In this document: positions 47,701 through 58,100 of the stretch, piece after piece
Layout: every line of letters starts with the position of its first letter
Position numbering within the stretch: the stretch's first letter is position 1
Assembly (NCBI GenBank): GCA_001643675.2
Contig: LSRY02000006.1
Coordinates: 806,001-870,000 of the forward strand
Reading direction: 5' to 3'
Origin: Monocercomonoides exilis PA203
Lineage: Eukaryota; Protista; Preaxostyla
DNA: 64,000 nt
The notes under the pieces: generated by a model
Databases searched by the model: none
Told to the model about the DNA's origin: nothing
The model's input: only the letters and a program-made list of their open reading frames with translations
Translations under genes and position numbers: made by a program

Positions 47701-49152
47701 ATAACAACACAAATTTTGATTGATCTGTTAAAAGAGGCTCCAAAAATGATTGAAGTACCTTCGACGCAAACTGCACAATTATCCTCATGAAACTCCTATT
47801 GAAGTCCTTATTCACTGACAAAGCATTCTAATGGTCCATTCCAGTTCCCAATAAATATAAAGTCGACTTTGAAGATTTTTAATAATCTTCACTTCTTTTC
47901 AGTCTGGATACCGAATTGTTGCATACAACAGCTTTTGAAAAGGCAGATTTTGAAGTCTCAAAAAAAGGAAAATAAGATGCAATGGAGTTATTTTGAAAAT
48001 AGATAAGTGGAAATGAGAAAAAGGACTGTTGAAGAAGAAAAAGATGATGATAATTGAAACATAAATGATGATAGCATTGTTTTTTGTTTGAGCCAATACG
48101 AGATGTATTAAAAGACAGCAAAACGAAAAGATCGATCACCGAAACAGAGAATGCTGTGATTGTCGCTTTCTATTCATTATGGTGATACTGGAACAATAAA
48201 CTTTCATATTATCTCATTTCACATTTCTTCACTTCCTTATTAAAGCACAGGCAATTGTGCATAATATTTTGATAGATCATATCCCACTAATTATTCATTT
48301 AATCACTTTTATTTTCTTCTTCCAAACTTTCTATATTATTTGTGATAAATAAAAGTGTAAATAACATTTCAAGAGTAATTTTTTTATTTACTATAGAATT
48401 TAGTTAAAATCAGATTTCTGATCTTTTGTGGGAAATGATCAAAATTTATAAATGTTTAATAACATATGAACTAAGAATAAAGAATCCGGCAAAATGTCAT
48501 TTTCTTGTTTTAATTTACATACTCCATTTTGATAAGCAATAAAAAAATTTTTTTTGTGTCGTGCATAAAAAGCTTGAAAGTCCATATTTTCCACCATATG
48601 AGAAAAAAAACAAGTGAAATTATTAAAAATCATTGAGAACAGCAGTTTATGATAAAAGAAAATTTTTTCTTGGTTATACTCAAATAATAACACACATCGG
48701 TTACAAAATAATTTCCTTCATTTTTACAAGAATAAAAATTTGGAATAAATAAACTTCCTTTTCGACTTCGAATAAAACTTTTTTGATTTTGAATAATTAA
48801 TTTTGATCTTTAATGAAACTTTTTCGATGATGGATAATTTTTTGCGTATTCAATTTTATAATTTTTGATAGAATATGAGAATGTTGATAATAACAATATG
48901 CAAAAAAGTATGTTTATTGATTTTTTGTTTTGAACCTTTGCGGATCTCTTGAAAGCACCTTCAAATGTTTCAAAAAGAAAGAAATAAAAATAAAATTAGA
49001 AAAAAAAAAATAAAAAAAATAAAAAATAAAAAATAAAAAAGGAATATGAAATTTGCACCATATTTTCGATGAAAACAAAAAATTAAAAGTCTATTAAAGC
49101 GTTGCGAAGTAAAAGCTCTTAGAGAAGAAAATAATTCATTTTAAGTACCTTG

Positions 49153-52100
49153 TTAAGACAGAAGATATGGGCAGCCACTTTCCAAATCATAAATTGCGTC
49201 ATTTTCGTTTCTTTCCATTGAATTATTCGAATTTGAAAATGACTTTTCTTGTGCGATTTTTTGTTTGATCTGAATATCTTCTTTTGCACTCTCGATTAAG
49301 TTTTGACTCTTTGAAAAAGGAAGAGTTTCTCGACTATCATACGAAATCTCTTTCATTCTTTGAAATTCTTCAAGTCTTCGTTTTTGTTCTTTGATACGAT
49401 TTCTTTTTAATCTTCGCTCTTTCAATGCATTTGCTTTCTTCAATTCTTTGCGTATTTTCTCTTCTTCAGTCAACTGTGTCGTGTAACGACGTTGCTCCAT
49501 TTTCCTCAAAGTTTTCTTCTCTTCCAACAACTCATCATTCTCCAAGTAAATTGCATCAGTTTTTGCATCAATACGCATTGGCCGCACATCAAATCTTTTT
49601 TCATCCTGATAATTAAAAAGATCTTGTGTATTTGCGTGAGGCGAAGAAAACAATTGTTTGCATTGTTTCTCGTCATCCATCATTAATACTTTCTTTTCAA
49701 GATCTTCAAATTTCTCATTACGTTTACAGAAGTCCAATTCCGCAATCTCGATAAGTCTATCTGCATCAATCATCATTTGATTTTTATTTTCATTTGACTT
49801 GCAATACAAATGCGCATTGTATGCAATTTGATAGAGATCATTCAATATTGACTGTCTTTCGCGATATACCATTTGCTGACATTTCTTTTCAATAACTGTT
49901 AAAGTGATAGGATGCTTCACAATAGAATAAAAGCCAGTGGAATCTTTTGTTGAAATTGGTTTTAAAAACGAAGAACTATATACAGAACCTTTCAGATGAC
50001 GAATCACATCTTCAAACATTGAATTTAAGTTTTGAAGAGGATCTTTCTTTGTTTTTGAGGTTGATACATCAATTATATCCACTTCTTCAATGGAAGAAGT
50101 TGATGATAAATCTTCTGATAACTGAGAATTGTTTTTTTCTCCTGCTTGAAAGTCATCATCTGCAGAAGTGTCAGGGTTTCGAAGAGAAGAAGGAGAAATC
50201 TGATGCGTAGAAGACAAAAGCAGATGAAGAGGAGAATCTTCATCAAGATGAAGGAGAAGATGTTCAATTTGAAGCTCAGTAGCATTAACCGTTGACTGAT
50301 CGCAAGAGTCCTGTGTTAAAGAAATCTCTGTCTTTTTCTCTTCCTCTTTGTTAACTTCCAAAAGAACTGATTTGCTAATCCCAACATCTTTTGTGGTTTC
50401 TTCTTCCTGTCCATGCTGTTGTTGCAGCTGCCATTTCAATCTCCATGCCGTTGCAGCTTTCGCGTATTCTTCGTAAGAAAGTTGCACTGAATTAACTTTA
50501 TGGCTAGAACTTCTTCTTTTATTTTCATTTTGAATTACATCTTTTTCTAAGTTGCCAAGTCTTTTCAATTCCATCTTATCCGATGATTTTAGTTGAGATT
50601 CAGAATTTTGCTCACTCACACTGAAAATTGAAATCATTTCTTGAGTTGGAGATTTTTCTGTTTCGTCAAAGCTATCCTTGTTTTGTTGATTATTTGAACA
50701 TAATTGCAATATTTTTTTGAATCTTTTAGATTTTTTTGCAGATCTCTTTTTCATTCCCTTTGAATTTGATTTACGTCCTTTCAATCTTGCTATTTTGGTC
50801 TTTACTCGAATGGAAGAAGAGCTTGAATTTCGTGTTGCCCGAAAGCTTTTCATTTTTTTCTTTCCTTCTTTTGTTTTCCTCATCGAAAAAAGTTTAAGCA
50901 ATCTTTCTTCTTCTTTTTCCTTCATTTCTTTATCTTCATCAATCCACTGATTCTGTGTAATAATTTTTTCGCTTTCAACGAAGGATTTACAGTTGTCTTC
51001 AGAACCCGTTATCTTTTCAATTTCTTTGTTTTTAAATTCAGCATTGCTCTCTTCTTTAGCCTTTGCAATTCGTCGTCTGAGTAACTTATCTCTTGCGCTC
51101 TGTCTTGTTAATACTTTTTTTTCGTTGCGAGAAGATTTGATCGTTTTGCTTGTATAATGATATGGAATTTCATTTTTTATTTCATCAGAAGTGGAAAAAT
51201 AATCTTCATAGAATAAGCTGCTTTCACTTGAACTGCCTTTTCCAGATTCTTCTTCAGAACTTTCAACGTTCACGATTCGTGACTGTTCGCTTTCAGAATT
51301 AGATATTGTTTCACATTTGCGCTGGCTTTTTTTTCTTATTGCAGATATTTTTGGAAATACTCTCTGCTCTCCGCGAATGCGCTGTTTTCTCATTGCAGCA
51401 ACAATAGACTTTCTTGCCTTTCGTTTTTCAATTAAAAGAATATCTTCAACTTCTGCTTCAGTAAGCTCTCCATTTGATACCTTCTTCTGAAGTTCTATTC
51501 CAAGATTTTCAATGTACATAGGGCAAGTTCTATGAAACGCCTTATGACCTTTTTGCTCACAGGCAGAACACACTTTGTTTCCTTTTGAGTCGTATTTAAA
51601 GCCTGAATCATTTTGAACTTGAGCTCTCCTCCTTGTTTTTTTAACTGCTCTCATATGATGGTGATGGTGATGGTGATGGTAAGCAAGATCTTCGTCAAAT
51701 TCATTCGCTCCAGTAATTTGTGCTTCTCTATCAGAAATTGAATCCTTTTCCAACAGCAACCCATCAACCCCATAAAGGCGAGATAAACTTTTCCCCAATG
51801 AATTAAGCAAGAAAAGTGTTTTTTCACCATCTGCTATCAATGCTGTAATCAATGCTGAATGAATTTTCAATGATTCGTCAATTTTCTGAAGAGACCATGA
51901 GAGTAAAAGATATTCTTCATCAGTTATTTTCAAAACATTGAATCGATCCGAAAAGGAATATGAGCAGCCTTTTTCAATCAAAGGCTTTTGTATATCAAAT
52001 GATGAAAAATTAGTAAACATAAACTGAATTTCTTTGGCCATTGCCAAATCTTCCGATGAAATTGTTCCATCTTCTTCAATTTTTTCTCTAACTGCTTCAT

Positions 52101-55100
52101 CCACCAATTCCCTCATTCTCTTTTCAAGCAGTTGCACAATAACAGCTCTTTTCTCCTCCCATTTTTTGAGTGATGTTCGAATTTGTTTTATATTTTGTCC
52201 AATTCTTCTGGTGGATTCAATTTCTTTCGAAAGAGCTATTCCACGAACCCAACCTTTTTCATCTTTCAATTGCGTCAGTTTTTTAATCTGTTCAATTGTT
52301 TTGCGCTCCCTTATAAATAATACACTCACAATTGTATCTCCATTCTGTAATATTTCCGTATGTGTAACTTTTACAATCTTCTTTTTCTTCAAACGAGGTG
52401 AAGACTTATATTGCAATTTCTTCAATTTGGATATTACTTCATCTCCAAGCAAAGCATAATAACTCTTTGAAAAAGACGTGTCATCAGATTTCGAGCGTTC
52501 ATTATCATTCTCCATATTATTTGATGTGCTAATAGATCTTGAAACGCATTCTTCTGAGAAAGATTGGGAAAAATTCTGAAAGCGATAAATTTTATCAGAA
52601 TTATCTAAAATGAATCTATTTCCTTCATCTATTGATTGATTTTTTGCTTCAGAAGAAGAAATATTCAAGTAGTCATCAATGGCTTTTGACTTATCTTTTT
52701 CAGTCTCGTCTTGGTCTTTTCCGATTGGAACAAAAGATTCTCTTTCTTTTCCTTTATCTTTTTTCTCTCTTTGTTTTCCTTGAGAATCAACTGCATTATC
52801 ACTCAAAAACCCAAGCCTATTTTTCTCTATAATATCTGTTGTGCTTTGTTGCTTCTTTGTTGAAATAAATGAATCATCCATTTGCTTCAATTTGATATTC
52901 TTTTCTGAAGATTTCGATGAATTTCTTTCTGAGGATAATTGTCCAGAATTCTCTAAAGGAGAAGATGCGGATGAGTTAGAAATTCCATCTTGTTTCTTTG
53001 AAGCACAACATTGTTGAGAAGATGCATTTTCTTTTGCAGAATCACTTTTTTCTCGATAAGATTTCAAAAATTCTGCAACCGTTTTGTCCCTCTGGCGATA
53101 TATGTGATCAAATGGCATTTCAGGAAGTTCTATTGGTAAAAGAAATTGCTTCAGCTCCTCCCTAAAACAAAATCTTGCGATGTCTTCTGATTGAACAGAA
53201 TTAATGTCATCTGCAAATTGAGCATCAGAAGCTGATGAGGAAATGAAAAGATTTTCCTTCTGCTCAGATAAATCGCTTTCCAAAGAAGATTTTGATTCAA
53301 ATGATTGCTTTGAACTGTCGCTTGCCTCTTCAGTGGCTTGAGAATCTACAGTTGGAAATGCAAAAGCAGAATTTTTCAAAACAAAACTTGGTGTGGCATC
53401 CTTTTCGACTTGACTTTCACTGATAGCTGCAATAGAATTTGTCTTTTTCACATTTTGTGCATAATCATCATCGTCGTCATCATACATGGAAGACATCGCA
53501 GGCATTGCCATTTCCTTGTTTAGCTTTAGTCCGAATGTGTTGTTAACTGCATATAAATTGCTTTTCTTGTTTAATGTCGGAGCAACATCTGCATTCAATG
53601 ATTTTTGCGGTTGATAAGACGGAATTAGTGAGGGAATGTTTTTCAGTGATGAATAGCTGGAAGAAGTCGACTGTAATTGCGAGGCGTCATCCATTGACAG
53701 CAAAAATTGAGGCGGCATAATTTTCAACGAACTCTGTGCTGATTCATTCTTTGAAGAAGAATCCTCAACAGTATCTGGAATGTCCATTTGCTGTTCGGGA
53801 GTCACATTGAGATTACTAGAAGTCGAAACTGTTCCAGGATTAATCTCAGATACTGCAACATGTTTTTCATCCATTGATGATTCATTGCCAGAAGACATAT
53901 AAGGATTAGAAATGCTCTTTGGATGCGTGTTGCATTTTTCATCAAAGTTAGCTTCAATTTTTTTAATTGGCTTAACAATGGCAGCTTGATTTATTTGTGA
54001 TATTAGCTGAGTCGCAACTGACTGAGGATGAGAGACTGCCACCAGAGAACCCAGTGGCTTGACAGAAATGAAAGAAAATTGAACATCCTCAGAGTTGTTA
54101 GTGTCATTTTGATTGGAGCTGAGTTTGTCTTTATGCTCCAGATTGTTGTTTGCCTCGTTATAAGATGTATTTGTGCGACTGTTGAAGCTTTTTTCATTTG
54201 CTTGTTTTGTGGTTATTCCATTGGCATGAGTGACGATCATTGTCTTCGCAAACTGAGAAAGTTCATCCAAGCTCTGCTCGTTCTTCTGCCCTTTTGAATC
54301 CAGTTGATCAATCCATTTCAGCGCCTCAGTCAATTCTTTTTCCTCTTTTTCTTCAGCTGTCATTGGACCGTTTTCTCCTTCATCGAAAATATCATCCAGA
54401 AAATCATCTCCAAAGGCAGAAAGAAGTTGACTGTTCTCCTTTTCAGTGGAAGATTCAGAGTCGCTTTCTCCAAAAGTATGCAACTGCTTCTTTTCCTCAT
54501 GGGCACTAGAATTTTCATTAACCGTTTCAGAATCAGGCTGCATCTGAAGTGATTCTGCAGAAGCGGCATCCAAAGTTCGAGAAGATTCTTCTGCTGTCAA
54601 AACTGGAGAACACTCTGGAGATAATTCAATAATAGAATGCGGAGAATCATATGTGTCAAAGTCCTTTTGCTCCTTTTTGTCTTTTATCATTTGGAAATTG
54701 TTAGAATTAGACAAATGATCTGGGATGAGATACGGAGAAATCGGAGGTGAATGCACATTTGATATCTTTGGGCTTTGAGAATGCGCAACTGGCGAAGTCG
54801 ATGCATCGAAGGGTTGCTGATATTGATTCGAATTTCGTATTGTCGATGCAGAAGTTGATGAAGATGATAAAAGAGGAGATGAAATTTTTCTTTTTGGAAA
54901 ATTATTTTGTGTTTCCATGAAATCTATTTTTGTGTCCATCAAATAAGGCGAATGCAGAATGGAAACAGGCGAAGAATGAATGCTTTTCAAATCATTGATG
55001 TCGGAAGATTCTTTGTGTTTGGAATTCGCATATGATGGCTGATCAATGCTTTCAGAGTGAGCAACCGAAGATGACTCTTTGATATAAGGAGAAGCAATCA

Positions 55101-58100
55101 TCAGATCGGCTGTATCAACATAAGCGCATTTTGTTGCTTTTGGAGTGAAAAAATGCTCTCCTTCTGAAGTTAAGTTTTCACAAGGAAATTGCGCGCTAGA
55201 AGGAACTGTTGTTGATGCTTGCTTTGATAGAAGGTTAACAGGTGGCGGAGGAGGAGGAGGAGGTAATCCAGGCAATGACTTTGAAAAGGAAGGGGGAGGA
55301 GGAGGTGGTGGTAAAAAAGGTTTTTTCTCTTTCTTGAGAGATTGGTCAGAATTGCTTGATAAAAGTGATTTTTGTGTATTTTGCATTCTGAATGGATTAA
55401 ATGAATTATGAATCTCTTCTTGTTTCTTAGCCACTCTTTCGAAATAATCCATTGCAGATGAATCAACTTCTGCACATTTGACAGGGGAAGATAAGTCAAT
55501 CGTCACTTTTTCTGCCTGATGATGATGATTATGGTGGATTTTCTCTGCCTTTTTGATATCGCTGTCATATGGACTTCGATAATACGGAAACGAATCGAAA
55601 TCATATTTCACATCATGTGTGCTTTCTGGTGGAAACGCAGTTTTGAAATTTGCTTTTTTGTATTTTGCAGTTGATATTTCAATAATATCATCGTCATTGT
55701 TATCGGTCACTTCATTATTTTGTATTTTCACAAGAGTTTTGTTCGATTTTTGGTCAATTAATCTTCCTTTTTGTGTTTTCCCCTTCATCGCTCCATCTTC
55801 CAGCAAAATCGGTAAATTTGCGTTTCCCTTTGAAGCAGATGGAATTTCATTTGTATTCGTTTTTTTCTTCTGCAAAATGTTGCTTGCCTGCAATGCGCGT
55901 TCTTCTGCTTCTTTCTTCTTCTTCAGCATCACTTCCTCCAACGCCTGTATCGTCTGCTGCTTTCGAAGCTGCTGCTCTTTTTTCTTTTTCATCTCCTTTT
56001 CTTTCCTTTTCTGCTCTTTTCTCATCCGATTCAGCCATTTTTCTTCTTCTCTCATCTGCTTTTCTTTTTCTCTTTTCAGCACATTCTTCGCTTTCTCCGT
56101 CTTCGCCTCCTTCATCTGAGTCAGCGCCTGCTTGTATTTCTTGTCTGACTCACCTGACAAAAACAGCATGTGATCCCGAAAGATCTGCTGGATCTGCGCC
56201 ACGTAGCTTTTCGAGTGAGCGAATTTATAGTTCTGCGTTCCCCTCACATACTGCTCCAGCTCCGTTCTTCCGCTCGCACCAGAAAGCAGACTGACCTGTC
56301 TGATCTTTTCTCCTCGGCTCATCAGGCGCCTGTCGTCCACAGAAACGCCAAGCTCCATCAGAATCCGGTCCAGCTCAACATTCTTCATCTGGCTCATCTT
56401 CTTCCTGCCAGACAAGCCGCTGCCTCGTTCTCCGGCTTTGCTGGAAGCTGCCCCGGCTCCTTGGTCTTTTGCTTCATCAACTGCAAACTCACCTTTGCTC
56501 AATGCGCTCATTCTAAAATTCTCATTTTCTTGCTTCAATAGCCCATTCTTCATCTTCCGAATGGTGTTAGCTTCCTTCACAAACTCCTTCATCGTCTGCC
56601 TCACAAACGAGAATCCGTGCCCTGTTCCGGTCGGATCGCCAGCTCCAGTCAGCTTCAGAAGAGATATTCCATTCATTGCATCGAGAAACGATTGAGTAAG
56701 CTCAAAAGGTGAAAGCGCATACTCAGTTGACATGAAATCGCAGATGGCATTTACAACATTGGGAAGATAGTTGAACACGTTAACAGCAGATGTAGGTGAA
56801 ATAAGAGGATGAAGGTTTGATTGATTGTCAACTGATTCATTTGAATTTGACAGTGCAAATTTCCGAGATAACGCTGAGGAAGAAGCTGCCTCTTTTTTTT
56901 TCCTTTCTTGTGTCATTCGCCACTTCTTCATTTCATTTTCCATCTGTTTTTCTCTTTTTCCCTCTTCTTTCTCCATCGCACTTGTCAAAATCTCGTTCAA
57001 ATCTGCATCACTCATCGCTACTTCCCACCTCAACATCGACTGAAACGCACACACATCCTCCGGCCGCACAAGCTTCTGCATTTCTTCTTCGCTCGGCAGC
57101 GCATCTTCGCTCTTCAGAACCCACAGACCTTTCACACTTTTGTGTGTTTCTGCCACACGATGCAGAATTCGATCTATTTTTTGCCTTCTGATTGATGGAA
57201 ACGCCTCTCTTATTTCGTAGTATGAAACAATCGCCCTTTCCAATGCACTGCCTTTTTTCGGATTGCTAGTCATGCTTCCATCTTCATTAGTAATCGAGCC
57301 ATCGTCCTTCGCATGTGATGACTCTTCTTTCTTTTGTTCTGCCATTGGACCCTTCGCCGTTCGTGCTTCTTCCGCTTTCAAAAACTCCTTCGCCTGGTTC
57401 AGTCGAATGTGCAAAATCATGCAAATAAACAAATAAAGTCTGTCTGACAGAAATTTATCTGTGGCTTGTGAGTTCGGCAGCGGCACAGACATCTTCGGGT
57501 GCTCCTGCCCAACTGAATAAATTTCTGATATTTCTCTCACAAGAAGCTCAACATTGTTTGGATCATCGCTTTTCTTCGGCTTTTCACTGACATCATCTTC
57601 AGTATTTTCTTTCTTCCTCATCACAACCAAAAAATCAGTCTCTGGTACAAGATGCTTGAAAACAGGTGCTTTGAACATGTTATTCTCAATCATGCTTATG
57701 CTCTTTCCTGGTTCAATATCCCCAAGCAACGGCGTCGGATCCTCCGGGTTCAGCACAACCACCTCTCCATCGATGAACTGCAAGTTGCTCATCTTCTGCT
57801 TCTCGTCCTCGCTGCTCTCCGCGCGGTAGTAATGCAGCAGGCGTGTGCCCATTCCTGGTATTGAGACCAGCAGCGGGTACTGCTCCACATATTCAAACAG
57901 AACTGCATCTCCTTCGGCGCCTGTCAAGTCGCCCACCGTCTTCAGCAGCCGCATCGGCTGTTCGAGCAGCTCTGAGTCATCTTCCGCAAACAGAAGCTCC
58001 ACCTCGCCGTCTTCGGCATATAACTGTGAATGCCCTGTATTCCCTGTTGATGTTGATAAAGACTCTGACTGCTGTGAAAGCGACACCAGCGCCTCAGATA

